Counted from the stretch's first letter, positions 20,294 through 30,545 are shown. The stretch is 64,000 bases of DNA from Bacteroidota bacterium (GCA_048267165.1 JBLWYD010000003.1:60707-124706), one strand, 5' to 3'. Program-made: numbers and translations. Notes: generated from the sequence alone by a model not told the origin.

Positions 20294-20959
20294 ATGGAGA
20301 TAAATAGAATGGAAAAGAAAAAACCACTACGCGGTAGTAGTGACAAATTGAAAGATTTATACAATACTTATGTTAAAAACGACGAAAGAGAGATAGATAT
20401 CAAAACTGAAGATGATGAATTGACTGATGAGCAAATCAGTGAGCTAGAGGCAGAAGTCTCAGTATCAGATGAGTTAGAAGAAGATGAGCTGGAGTTCAGA
20501 GTAGATGACCTAGAAAATCAGGTGGAATCACTCAAAGATCAGCTACTTCGTAAAACTGCCGAAATGGAAAACCTAAGACGCAGAACTCAGAAAGAGAAAG
20601 AAGAATTAGTAAAATACGCAAATGAAAGATTGATAGTGAATTTGATAGATATTCCTGATGATTTGTCTAATGCACTACAGGCGGCAAAACAAGAAAATAG
20701 CAGCAAAGAATCTGTTGTGCAAGGAATAGAGATGATTCATAATAAGGCATTCAGACTATTCGAAAATGCTGGATTGCAACTGATGACTATAGAAACTGGT
20801 TCTGAGTTCGACGTGGAATATCACGAAGCACTTATGCAACAGCCGTCTGAGGAAATACCCGAAGGACATATAATAGCTGTGATTCAATCTGGATACTTGC
20901 TGAATGATAAAGTAATCCGCCATGCGAAAGTTGTAACATCATCTGGTTCTGCAGAATAA
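20294..20959 (+). CDS. grpE: nucleotide exchange factor GrpE
   Basis: Acidic N-terminus, a coiled-coil and the C-terminal GrpE fold motifs (ENLRRRTQKEKEEL...). It lies immediately upstream of dnaJ. Confidence 0.85.
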   Translation: MEINRMEKKKPLRGSSDKLKDLYNTYVKNDEREIDIKTEDDELTDEQISELEAEVSVSDELEEDELEFRVDDLENQVESLKDQLLRKTAEMENLRRRTQKEKEELVKYANERLIVNLIDIPDDLSNALQAAKQENSSKESVVQGIEMIHNKAFRLFENAGLQLMTIETGSEFDVEYHEALMQQPSEEIPEGHIIAVIQSGYLLNDKVIRHAKVVTSSGSAE

Positions 20960-20975
20960 ATAATTAAGTGAGAAA

Positions 20976-22136
20976 ATGAGCGAAAAAAGAGACTATTACG
21001 AAGTACTAGAAGTAACAAAAACTGCGGATAAAACGGAGATAAAGTCAGCTTATAGAAGATTGGCTATCCAATATCACCCCGATAAGAATCCTGATAACCC
21101 AGCAGCAGAAGACAAATTCAAAGAAGCGTCGGAAGCTTATGACGTACTTTCGAATGAAGAAAAGCGCGCTAGATACGACCGATTCGGTCATCAAGGAATG
21201 CGTGGTGCAGGTGCAGGTGGCGGACAACCCGGATTCTCCAATGTAGAGGATATATTCTCTAACTTTGGTGATATTTTCGGCGGCTCTATATTCGAAGATT
21301 TATTCGGTGGTGGCGGCGGTCAACGTGGTCAAGGCAGAAGACGCGATGAGCGTGGTGCAGACCTAAAAATCAAAATGCCACTTACATTAGAAGAGATAGC
21401 AACTGGTGCAGAGAAAACTATTAGAGTTAAGAAATATAACGCTTGCGGTGATTGCTCAGGTAGCGGTGCCAAAGGTGGTAGCAGTGGTTACAATACTTGT
21501 CAGACTTGCCAAGGGCAAGGACAAGTGAAGCAAGTTAGCCGCTCTATGTTCGGTCAGTTTGTCAATATACAGGCATGCCCGAATTGCCAAGGTAGTGGAC
21601 AGATGATCAAAGACGCTTGTAATACTTGCGAAGGCGAAGGTAGAGTACGAGACGAAGAGAAAATCTCTGTCGAAATACCTGCTGGAGTAGAAGAAGGCAA
21701 CTACTTGACTATAGCTAGAAAGGGGCACGCAGGCCGCAGAGGTGGTTCGCATGGTGACCTAATAGTTATTATCGAGGAAAAAGAGCATAAGTACCTAACT
21801 CGTGATGGCGAAAATGTTATCTATAAACTGAAAATTAGCTTCCCAGATGCAGCACTTGGTGTGAGAGTAGAAGTACCTACACTATATGGTACAGAGAACG
21901 TTGATATCAAATCTGGTATCCAACCGGGTGAGACTGTAGTGCTTAAAAACAAGGGTTTGCCAAGACTAAATTCGTACAGAAAAGGCGAGCAAATAATAAT
22001 TGCTGATATCTATGTGCCGAAAAAAGTTTCGGGTGATGAAAAATCTCTCTTGAAAAAGTTAAAAGAAAGTGATAATTTTAAACCCAACAATGATGGCAAA
22101 GGATTTTTCGAAAAAGTAAAGGGTGCATTTTTCTAA
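20976..22136 (+). CDS. dnaJ: molecular chaperone DnaJ
   Basis: J domain (YYEVLEV...HPDKN), a G/F-rich linker and four CxxCxGxG zinc-finger repeats. Confidence 0.9.
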   Translation: MSEKRDYYEVLEVTKTADKTEIKSAYRRLAIQYHPDKNPDNPAAEDKFKEASEAYDVLSNEEKRARYDRFGHQGMRGAGAGGGQPGFSNVEDIFSNFGDIFGGSIFEDLFGGGGGQRGQGRRRDERGADLKIKMPLTLEEIATGAEKTIRVKKYNACGDCSGSGAKGGSSGYNTCQTCQGQGQVKQVSRSMFGQFVNIQACPNCQGSGQMIKDACNTCEGEGRVRDEEKISVEIPAGVEEGNYLTIARKGHAGRRGGSHGDLIVIIEEKEHKYLTRDGENVIYKLKISFPDAALGVRVEVPTLYGTENVDIKSGIQPGETVVLKNKGLPRLNSYRKGEQIIIADIYVPKKVSGDEKSLLKKLKESDNFKPNNDGKGFFEKVKGAFF

Positions 22137-22139
22137 ACA

Positions 22140-22625
22140 ATGAATATAGCTAAGCATATAGCGAAAATACAAACTGTCTTCGGAGCATCTAAATTCGAGG
22201 TTATGATTGCATCGCTTATACTAGCTGGACTGACTATCGGTCAATTCGTTACTTTAGAAAAAAGAGAAGACCTAAGTGTACTAACACAAGAGTTAAGTGC
22301 GTACAATTCGGCTATGCAAACCTCATTCATCGGTATAGATAATGAAGGTAATGTAAATGAAGATCTGGCACTAGGCGATACGGTCATTAAAAAGAAGAGC
22401 AAGTTTCCCGAGAAGAAGAAGGAAGAAAAATTAGTTGGTAAAATCAATATCAACTCTGCTTCGAAAGTACAGCTAATGAAGCTAAAGGGTATAGGTGAGA
22501 AAACGGCTCAGAAAATAATAGATTACAGAGCTAAAACGCCATTCAACTCGATAGAAGATATACAGAACGTAAAAGGCATAGGGCCTAAGAAATTTGAAAG
22601 TATGAAAGAACATATAACTGTTTAA
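22140..22625 (+). CDS. comEA: ComEA-like helix-hairpin-helix DNA-binding protein
   Basis: N-terminal transmembrane helix and C-terminal tandem helix-hairpin-helix motifs (INSASKVQLMKLKGIGEKTAQKII...VKGIGPKKFESM). Confidence 0.65.
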   Translation: MNIAKHIAKIQTVFGASKFEVMIASLILAGLTIGQFVTLEKREDLSVLTQELSAYNSAMQTSFIGIDNEGNVNEDLALGDTVIKKKSKFPEKKKEEKLVGKININSASKVQLMKLKGIGEKTAQKIIDYRAKTPFNSIEDIQNVKGIGPKKFESMKEHITV

Positions 22626-22637
22626 CAAGGAATTAAT

Positions 22638-23729
22638 ATGAAAAAGACTGGTTTTTATAATCAACATATAGAGTTGAATGCTAAGATGGTTAGCTTCGCC
22701 GGATTCGAAATGCCTATCCAATACCCCAAAGGTATAATCCACGAACATAAAGTAGTTAGAAATACGGTTGGAGTATTCGACGTTACACACATGGGCGAAT
22801 TTTTCGTGCAAGGACCAGAAGCGTTGAATTTAGTTCAAAAGCTAATCACTAATGACGCATCTACATTAGAAATCGGTCAAGTATTATACACAGCTATGTG
22901 CTACGAAGATGGCGGTATAGTAGATGATTTGTTGACATACAAAATAGCTGAAGACCACTATTTACTTGTAGTTAATGGCTCGAACGTAGATAAAGATTAC
23001 GCTTGGGTAGAGAAAAATGCAGCGGGATTCGATTGTGAAATCAGAAACGAGTCAGATGAGTATTTACTACTAGCTGTACAAGGACCAAAATCAAAAGACA
23101 CAATCAAGAAATTGACTGATTGCAATCTGGACGATATGGAATTCTATCGCTTCGCTTATGGACAAACATTAGCTGGTGTACCGGCTATAGTTTCTAGAAC
23201 TGGCTACACAGGTGAACTTGGCTACGAGCTATATTTCAAAGGTGGCGAGGCAGAAGCTAAGAAAGTTTGGGACGCTATAATGGAAGCAGGTGCAGAGTTC
23301 GGTATAGAGGCAGTTGGTCTTGGTTGCCGTGATACTCTTAGATTAGAGAAAGGATATGCACTATATGGCAATGATATAAATCAGGATACTAACCCGATTG
23401 AAGCAGGACTTGGCTGGATAACTAAACTAGCAAAAGATGATTTCAACGGTAAAGCAGTAATGGAAAAAGTAAAAGCAGATAACCCCGAACGCCGATTAGT
23501 CGGATTCGAAGTAACTGCTGATAGATTCATAGCTCGTCAAGGATATAAAATATTCAAAGGCGAAGAAGAAATCGGTTTCGTAACTAGCGGTAACCTATCT
23601 CCATCATTGGATAAACCTATCGGTATGGGTTATGTGAAATGGGACTACAAAGCCCCAGAAACAGAAATAGAAATTGAAGCTAGAGGCAAACGATTCCCTG
23701 CTACTGTGAAGAAAATGCCGTTGATATAA
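22638..23729 (+). CDS. gcvT: glycine cleavage system aminomethyltransferase T
   Basis: 363 aa. Typical GcvT N-terminus (TGFYNQHIELNAKMVSFAGFEMPIQY) and a folate-binding region. Confidence 0.9.
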   Translation: MKKTGFYNQHIELNAKMVSFAGFEMPIQYPKGIIHEHKVVRNTVGVFDVTHMGEFFVQGPEALNLVQKLITNDASTLEIGQVLYTAMCYEDGGIVDDLLTYKIAEDHYLLVVNGSNVDKDYAWVEKNAAGFDCEIRNESDEYLLLAVQGPKSKDTIKKLTDCNLDDMEFYRFAYGQTLAGVPAIVSRTGYTGELGYELYFKGGEAEAKKVWDAIMEAGAEFGIEAVGLGCRDTLRLEKGYALYGNDINQDTNPIEAGLGWITKLAKDDFNGKAVMEKVKADNPERRLVGFEVTADRFIARQGYKIFKGEEEIGFVTSGNLSPSLDKPIGMGYVKWDYKAPETEIEIEARGKRFPATVKKMPLI

Positions 23730-23760
23730 GTAATTTCTTATACAACAGATAAGATTAATG

Positions 23761-23797
23761 AATCCGAATTTCAAATAGAAGTTCGGATTTTTTTTAA
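23761..23797 (+). terminator. rho-independent terminator after gcvT
   Basis: AATCCGAA...TTCGGATT stem followed by T8. Confidence 0.75.
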
Positions 23798-23872
23798 GAC
23801 TAATTAACTTTATACTATTTACAAACGTAAACTGTAAAATTTCAATTAATAAATTTGCACAAGTATTAAAGT

Positions 23873-25003
23873 ATGACTCTAACTACTAAATTGTTTACTC
23901 TATTTTTATTTCCATTTCTACTGATTGCCAATGCTTCTTGCACTGAAAATAATCTAGATAAATTACCACCTAATAGAATCGAAACCAATTTAAGCGAAAC
24001 TAGCAATAGATTGAAATTTACTACTGGTATCCGCTCTATTTACGAAGATAGTAAAGGGAATTTATGGTTTGGTAGCCATAATGAAGGAGTCGCTAAATAT
24101 GATGGTAAAATATTTCAGTACTTTACTACAGAGGAGGGACTTAGCAATAATCAAGTTAGAACTATTCAAGAAGATAATAAAAGTAATATTTGGCTGGGTA
24201 CAGCGAGTGGTACAACAAGGTATGATGGCAATAAGTTTACTACTCAGAATCCGATAGAGGAATCACTAAGCTTTGATGCTCCGTATGGAATTAGAACTAA
24301 TCAAGCCCCAATCAAAAAAAATAATCTTCCGGTATCAAAGGGCGCTAAGTCAGATCTTTGGTTCAATGCTGGTTTAAAAAGTGGTGCTATAAAATATGAT
24401 GGAAACGTATTGACTTATTTACCTTTCCCTAAACCAAAGCACATTAATAAAAATAGTTCTTACGAAGTAACCGGAATAGCTGTTGGCAAAAATAATATAA
24501 CTTGGTTCGCAACTTTTGCTGCTATTTTCGGATTTGATGGTGAAAAATTTACAATTGTAGAAGACGAGAGCCTGGGGCTAAGTAAAGAGATTGGCGAATT
24601 GCACGTCAGAAGCATACTAGAAGATAGTAAAGGGCACTTATGGATAGGCAACAATGGACTCGGAGTTTTTGTAAAAAGAGGAGACACATTTATTGATTTC
24701 ACTAAACAACATGGATTAGTGAGTAATAAAACTTTGAGAGACGGCTCTGTTTCACCTCAAGGTACACTAGAACACGTATTTGTTATTTTCGAAGACAGCC
24801 AAGGCAATATTTGGTTTGCTGACAGAGATACTGGTGCATGGAAATATGATGGCAAATCAATGACTAATTTCACAAAAGAAGATGGGTTAACCACAACTCA
24901 TATTTGGGAAATTTATGAAACCAAGAATCATGAGTTACTTTTTGGAATGGGAGATGGAAGAGTTTGTAAGTTTAATGGAATAACTTTTGAAACAGTTTAT
25001 TAA
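23873..25003 (+). CDS. secreted beta-propeller protein with two-component-regulator-propeller (Reg_prop)-type repeats
   Basis: Repeated units DSKGNLWFGSHNEGVAKYDGK.F / NIWLGTASGTTRYDGNKF / GNIWFADRDTGAWKYDGK. Confidence 0.5.
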   Translation: MTLTTKLFTLFLFPFLLIANASCTENNLDKLPPNRIETNLSETSNRLKFTTGIRSIYEDSKGNLWFGSHNEGVAKYDGKIFQYFTTEEGLSNNQVRTIQEDNKSNIWLGTASGTTRYDGNKFTTQNPIEESLSFDAPYGIRTNQAPIKKNNLPVSKGAKSDLWFNAGLKSGAIKYDGNVLTYLPFPKPKHINKNSSYEVTGIAVGKNNITWFATFAAIFGFDGEKFTIVEDESLGLSKEIGELHVRSILEDSKGHLWIGNNGLGVFVKRGDTFIDFTKQHGLVSNKTLRDGSVSPQGTLEHVFVIFEDSQGNIWFADRDTGAWKYDGKSMTNFTKEDGLTTTHIWEIYETKNHELLFGMGDGRVCKFNGITFETVY

Positions 25004-25164
25004 AAAATATTCTACCCTTTCCACCATTCCAACAGACCAAAAGCACAATTTTAGCCAAATTTTAACTTTGTTTAATAATGATGAAAATTTAATTAAACCT
25101 TATATCATTTTATAATTATCATTATTGCATAACTTACAAAGGAATCATCTAATTAGTTAGTTTT

Positions 25165-25869
25165 ATGGCACGGTTATTTACTGCTTTATTTGTTGGAAAA
25201 CTTTGTCTTGAGCTAATGTATAGATATATTAACTCCGATAAAGTAACTACAATCAAAAAATTAATTGGAATTCTAATGGCTGACGATTTAGAAACTCAAG
25301 ACGTAAACGACGAAAAAGCGAAAAAAGAAAAGAAAGGCTCCCCACTCAAAATGATATTGTTGGTGGTAGGAATACTTGTTGTTAATGCTATTATAGTGAT
25401 TGGCGTTGTCAAATTTTTCTTCTCAGATGCTGCACATGACGAGCATCCGAAGGAAGCTACAGCTGAACAACAGGGTCATAGCGAAAAAGATGAATTTGCT
25501 GAATTCAAGAATCCCGAAGAGACTTTTTTCGAGACAGAAAGTCAACGTAAAATAATAAGTACGGGTCGTATAACTACTAACCCAGCTAATTCGATTAAGA
25601 AATTCATTATTATAAATCTGGGATTAGAGTATAGAATAAAGCCAGATTTGCCAGTAGAAGAATTCGATATGGAAAAGCCACTAATGCAGAAGCTTATGAT
25701 TCGCCTAAAAGCGAAAATCACTGACAGATTAGGTGCTATGAGAGTAGAGGAATTAGTAAGACAACGATCAGAGCTTACGGCTTTGTTCAAAGAAGATTTG
25801 CAAGAGTTATTCAACGAAAATCAGATGTTTCTACGAGAAGTATATCTGAACGAGTTTTTGATACAATAA
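25165..25869 (+). CDS. fliL: flagellar basal-body-associated protein FliL
   Basis: Single transmembrane helix and a FliL-like C-terminal domain. It sits immediately upstream of fliM. The likely true start is the ATG at 25276 (MADDLETQD). Confidence 0.55.
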   Translation: MARLFTALFVGKLCLELMYRYINSDKVTTIKKLIGILMADDLETQDVNDEKAKKEKKGSPLKMILLVVGILVVNAIIVIGVVKFFFSDAAHDEHPKEATAEQQGHSEKDEFAEFKNPEETFFETESQRKIISTGRITTNPANSIKKFIIINLGLEYRIKPDLPVEEFDMEKPLMQKLMIRLKAKITDRLGAMRVEELVRQRSELTALFKEDLQELFNENQMFLREVYLNEFLIQ

Positions 25870-25879
25870 TAAAAGACTA

Positions 25880-26911
25880 ATGTCACAATCACTAACACAA
25901 AAAGAGATAGATAGGCTACTGAATGACATGTCATCCGGAGCTCTGAGCATAGACCAAATACTGGAAGGTGCTAAGAGAAAATCCGAAGTGATGAACTATG
26001 ATTTCAGAAGACCTAACAGAATATCCAAGAATCAGATACGGTTCTTGCAGAATATTCACGAGACATTCTCCGAAGTGTTCGGGTACTATTTAGTATCCAA
26101 ATTGCAGACAATAGTATCGGTAGATTTGACGGCAGTTGACCAGCTATTTTACTCCGAGTTCATACTATCTGTGAATTCTCCCGGTTGCTTATATATATTC
26201 GATATAGATGGCACTGAGGGTTCTGGTATATTAGAGATTAGCCCGAATCTAGCACTGAACTTAGTTGAACGTATGTTAGGTGGAAACGCTGAAACTCAGC
26301 AAAAACCGAGATCGATTACTCCTATAGAGCAAGCTGTTTTGCGAAACCTTATCGAGCATTTGTTCGCTGATATGAGTAGTGCATGGGACGTAATAGGTGG
26401 TATGAAATTCAAGCTGAATCGAATGGAAGCGGAAGCCGATTTTGTTCAAATAGCACCTTCTTCCGAAATAGTAATCGTACTATCTTTTGATGTGCATATA
26501 GGCCAGAATTCGTATTCCATGACTCTTTGTTATCCGACTTTTTCGTTGGAAGATAAGCTGAATAAGTTGAACGTACAGACGATGGCAAGTAGCTCAATTA
26601 GTTCTAATAAAGCGAAGAACGCTAATGCTGCTGTTAATATCAAAAAGCAGATGGAAAAGACGTTTCTACCTGTCTCTGTGGAGTTAGGACAATCGTCAAT
26701 CACAGTCGCAGACTTGCTTAAGTTAGAAGTAGGCGATATGCTTATGAGTACTAGAAGAATAAATGAAGATATAGAAATATCGATTTCAGGTCAGAAAAAA
26801 TTGACTGGCAAAATCGGTAATGTAGAAGGAAAAAAAGCCGTTAAAGTAACGGGAAAAATTAGAAATGAAGACATTATAGATCCAAATGTTTATTATTACG
26901 AGGAGAGTTAG
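25880..26911 (+). CDS. fliM: flagellar motor switch protein FliM
   Basis: N-terminal LSQKEIDRLL, the segment YDFRRPNRISK, a CheC-like middle domain and a C-terminal SpoA-like domain. Confidence 0.85.
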   Translation: MSQSLTQKEIDRLLNDMSSGALSIDQILEGAKRKSEVMNYDFRRPNRISKNQIRFLQNIHETFSEVFGYYLVSKLQTIVSVDLTAVDQLFYSEFILSVNSPGCLYIFDIDGTEGSGILEISPNLALNLVERMLGGNAETQQKPRSITPIEQAVLRNLIEHLFADMSSAWDVIGGMKFKLNRMEAEADFVQIAPSSEIVIVLSFDVHIGQNSYSMTLCYPTFSLEDKLNKLNVQTMASSSISSNKAKNANAAVNIKKQMEKTFLPVSVELGQSSITVADLLKLEVGDMLMSTRRINEDIEISISGQKKLTGKIGNVEGKKAVKVTGKIRNEDIIDPNVYYYEES

Positions 26912-26913
26912 AC

Positions 26914-27324
26914 ATGGCTATGTCACAAGATGAAATAGATGAGCTAATGAAAAGTGGTGAAGTCGAGGAAGAGATTTCTCCCGAAGACGAACTACTAGAG
27001 AACTCAGCTCCTGCAGTGGAAGAAAAACCAGCAGAAAAGAGTCAAGATTATGCTACACTAGACCCCAAGCTAGAACTGTTATATGATTTATCATTGCCAG
27101 TATCTATAGAGCTAGGTAGAACTAATATGCTAATCAGAGATATACTAAAACTCGGACGTGGTTCTGTTATAGAATTCGACAAATTAGTTAGCGAACCAGT
27201 AGATATATTGGTAAATGGCAAGAAAGTTGCTGCAGGTGAAGTAGTAGTAGTTGATAAACACTTCGGTATTCGTATAACTACTCTAGTCGATCCATCAGAA
27301 AGAATCAAAGGTATTAAAAAGTAA
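26914..27324 (+). CDS. fliN: flagellar motor switch protein FliN/FliY
   Basis: SpoA domain LSLPVSIELGRTNMLIRDILKLGRGSVIEFDK...VDILVNGKKVAAGEVVVVDKHFGIRIT. Confidence 0.8.
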   Translation: MAMSQDEIDELMKSGEVEEEISPEDELLENSAPAVEEKPAEKSQDYATLDPKLELLYDLSLPVSIELGRTNMLIRDILKLGRGSVIEFDKLVSEPVDILVNGKKVAAGEVVVVDKHFGIRITTLVDPSERIKGIKK

Positions 27325-27686
27325 TGTTCGATTCGCAGTTATATTCGTCGTTTTTCACTCTTATGGGTATAGTAGCATTCCTCGGTGTGCTATATCTATT
27401 CGTGAAGCGATATGCCAAATCAAAAACGGCTCTCAAAGGAATGAATATCAAGATTCATGAACGAGTGGCTGTATTCCCAAAAGGGCATCTGATAATAACT
27501 GAAATCAGCGGTAAATTCTATTTACTAGGAGCTACTGAACAAAGCATCAATATTCTAAAAGAGCTAGATATAGACGAAGTTCCCGATGAAACTCAGAAGC
27601 TGAATATATCCGCTATCAGAGAGCCCGAAGATTTGTCCTTCAAATCGTTCATCAAATCTACTATCAAATCAAAGAACAGTAACTAA
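27324..27686 (+). CDS. fliO: flagellar biosynthesis protein FliO
   Basis: 120 aa. One N-terminal transmembrane helix followed by the IKIHERVAVFPKGHLIITEISGKFYLLGATEQSINILKEL pattern. It occupies the canonical position after fliN and has a 1-bp overlap with it. Confidence 0.55.
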   Translation: MFDSQLYSSFFTLMGIVAFLGVLYLFVKRYAKSKTALKGMNIKIHERVAVFPKGHLIITEISGKFYLLGATEQSINILKELDIDEVPDETQKLNISAIREPEDLSFKSFIKSTIKSKNSN

Positions 27687-27943
27687 AGTTTTAACTCTAG
27701 TTTTTTAAAGAAATAATTTCCTTTCATATAATCCCAGTCACTCAGAACGCAGTGCTTGTGTTGAACGTAGTCGAAATAAAGAGTCAATTTGTCTGAATCA
27801 GAATTTAATAATTTTCAGGATGGGTTTGACTTATTACGCTTATGCCATCCCTTTTTAAAAAATCTATAATCATTTTGTTTTTAACGCAAAGTTCACGAAG
27901 ATATTAATTATTGGTTTTATACACAGAGGACACAAAGCGTGGT

Positions 27944-28211
27944 AGTCCGAAGAGTCTAGGGAAAGTGAAGAGTTTAGAGGAATTGAATTGTCATCGCGAG
28001 GACTGAAAGGACGCGGCAATCTCATCCTTATCCTGAATAACGTATTATGAAGATTAAACGACTCTACAGAATTGATAGACTCCCAATATCAGAACAGGAT
28101 TACAGGATGATTAAGATTATCTAGATAAACCACGTCACTCTGAATGAACATAGTGAATGAAGAGTCTAGGAAAATGGAATCATTGCCGTTGGCTTCAGCC
28201 AACGGAGAGTG
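27944..28211 (+). repeat. composite of dispersed intergenic repeat modules (GAAGAGTCTAGG; GTCATCGCGAGGACTGAAAGGACGCGGCAATCT; ATCCTGTAATCCTGTTCT inverted; hairpin ATTGCCGTTGGCTTCAGCCAACGG)
   Basis: Modules match 15611..15643, 4240..4300, 4443..4490 and 2637..2682. Confidence 0.65.
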
Positions 28212-28438
28212 GAATCAATTGCAAGTCCTCCCTTCAGGGAGGATTTAGGTGGGTGTAACAGCAGTATTGAACTTTCAAACTTCACCCAATCCCTTAATCC
28301 TACACTCAAAAAAACAAAAAACTTTCAACTTTTCGGAGACGTTTTCCGTGTTCATGTGTCTATATGATTAGGGAGTTGTACAAATTCCTAAAAACATATT
28401 ATGAATAAAAGATTGAGCTCGAAATAGTTCAAATCAGT

Positions 28439-29458
28439 ATGAGAAGTTTAATCCTAAATAGTATATTAATACTAACCTTATTCTCAAGTTGCTTAATAGC
28501 TGAGGAGCTGGACAATGCTGACTTACCAATAGTTAATATACTTACTGAAGAATTAGATTTTGGTAATTTACCCCTTGGGGAAGAAAGGGTAATGGAGATA
28601 GAAGTTAGAAACTATGGTTATATAAGTAATAAAGATGTATTTATTTATGGATTCACTATTGCACCGGACGATAAGGAATTTTATATGTTAGACACGGCTA
28701 CTGACATTAAACCTATTTCAATTTCGCCACACAATACAAAAAGTTTTAGAGTGAAGTTTAAACCTAATTCTATTAGAGATTATAATAGTGTGATTTATAT
28801 AAAATCAAATGCCGTGGGAGTAGTCCCGATTTATCTTGAAGGCAAATGTGTAGATTATAGATCTAATATCAAATACTCCCCCAACGAAACAGTATTCAGA
28901 ACTCCCAGCAACCTAGATACCATTAGTTTATTTTTATACATTGAAACGCAAGGTAAAGGGGAAATTGAAATTACTGATATTTCTTTAGAAAAAAATGATA
29001 AAATGTTTGATTATAAGCTGTTTGATACTCTCCCAGCATTAATTAATGATATAGGTATTAGTGTCCGTATAGACTTAGCACCCTATAAAACTGGCACTTT
29101 TTCAAACAACCTAATAGTAAAATCAAATGATAGCATAAATCCGACATTGTCAATCCCCATAGAAGCACAGATTGAGCCCCCTTCATCAGTTATAGATTTC
29201 AACGAATCAGACGAATTCATATTCCAATCCTTTGATGAAGGAAGTGAAATCACTTTTTCAATTGTTTCTGAAAGGGTGTTGGAGAGTGGAACTTTCGCCA
29301 TCTACTCACAAGAAGGTAAGCAAATCAAGAGCATAGTAGTAAGTGGTAATAACACCGAACTTTCTGTCTCTATCAGCAGAAGTGAGCTCCCAAGACTATC
29401 GCTCATCCGGTTTACACAAGGCGAAAAGACTTACGTACATAAGCACTTGAGGGAGTAA
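28439..29458 (+). CDS. secreted Ig-like (ASH/PapD-like) repeat protein with a conserved ~75-aa C-terminal domain resembling a divergent T9SS CTD
   Basis: Signal peptide. LDFGNLPLGEERVMEIEVRNYGY-type beta-sandwich units. The C-terminus is nearly identical to the downstream paralog. Confidence 0.5.
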   Translation: MRSLILNSILILTLFSSCLIAEELDNADLPIVNILTEELDFGNLPLGEERVMEIEVRNYGYISNKDVFIYGFTIAPDDKEFYMLDTATDIKPISISPHNTKSFRVKFKPNSIRDYNSVIYIKSNAVGVVPIYLEGKCVDYRSNIKYSPNETVFRTPSNLDTISLFLYIETQGKGEIEITDISLEKNDKMFDYKLFDTLPALINDIGISVRIDLAPYKTGTFSNNLIVKSNDSINPTLSIPIEAQIEPPSSVIDFNESDEFIFQSFDEGSEITFSIVSERVLESGTFAIYSQEGKQIKSIVVSGNNTELSVSISRSELPRLSLIRFTQGEKTYVHKHLRE

Positions 29459-29522
29459 TATTTCCAGATTTCGATACTTGCACTAAATTCCTTATATTGT
29501 CAGTTGGACAATACAATTATAG

Positions 29523-30545
29523 ATGAGAATTTATATGAAAAACACTATTTTGCTCATACTTCTTTCTTTTATACTGCTACCTAGTGGAATGAAGGGACAG
29601 TCAGAAACAATATATGGTGCTCCTGAATTTGAAATGATAACGAAATCACTAGACTTTGGAAATATTCTCTTAGAAGAAGAGTACACTTTACCAATTATAG
29701 TAAAAAACTCTGGGGTCGCAACATTAAATTTGTTTAATGTAATAATAGAATTTGATACAACTGTTTTTGTAGTTATTAATGCACCTGCATCTTACAGTCC
29801 TTTAAGTATTGAATCAGGTGATACGGTAAATATACAAATCAAATTTAAACCTCTGGTGTTGAAAGAATATAAGAGTAAGTTGTTTATTAAATCTGATGAT
29901 TCTAGAAGTGAGGAAGTCGCCATTACTTTAAAAGGAAATGCTATAGATGATCCCATCAGTGCTTCAAGCTGGGATTTTGGGACTGTAGAATTAGACAGAG
30001 TTTATAATACATATATCAACATTTATAACATAAGTAGTCAAGATATTACAATCGATTCTTTGTACTACGAAAAGGGTATAAAGGAATTTAATTGGAATAA
30101 TTTTCCGAATTTCAACTATCCAATAACTGTTCCAGCAGGAGAAGATTACCCAATATTTATTCAATTTGAAGCTTCGGAAGAAGGGTATTTTGAAGAAAGT
30201 ATTATTATTAAATCTACTCCTCCAACTAAACAAACTTGTCAAGTAATGGGAGCAGCTATTGATATCAACACCTCCGCCCAAGACATAACAGAAATAGAAT
30301 CACTCTCACTCCAAACCATCGATGGTGGTAGTGAAATCACGTTTTCGATTGTTTCTGAAAGGGTGTTGGAGAGTGGTGCTTTCGCTATCTACACCCAAGA
30401 AGGTAAGTTAATCAAGAGCGTAGTAGTAAGTGGTAATAGTAAAGAACTCTCAGTGTCTATCGGTAAAAATGAGCTACCCAGACTATCGCTCATCCGATTT
30501 ACACAAGGCGAAAAGACTTACGTACATAAGTATATGAGGGAGTGA
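29523..30545 (+). CDS. tandem paralog of 28439..29458 (secreted Ig-like repeat protein, same C-terminal domain)
   Basis: The last ~75 codons are nearly identical at nucleotide level to 29227..29458. The N-terminal regions are diverged. Confidence 0.5.
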   Translation: MRIYMKNTILLILLSFILLPSGMKGQSETIYGAPEFEMITKSLDFGNILLEEEYTLPIIVKNSGVATLNLFNVIIEFDTTVFVVINAPASYSPLSIESGDTVNIQIKFKPLVLKEYKSKLFIKSDDSRSEEVAITLKGNAIDDPISASSWDFGTVELDRVYNTYINIYNISSQDITIDSLYYEKGIKEFNWNNFPNFNYPITVPAGEDYPIFIQFEASEEGYFEESIIIKSTPPTKQTCQVMGAAIDINTSAQDITEIESLSLQTIDGGSEITFSIVSERVLESGAFAIYTQEGKLIKSVVVSGNSKELSVSIGKNELPRLSLIRFTQGEKTYVHKYMRE

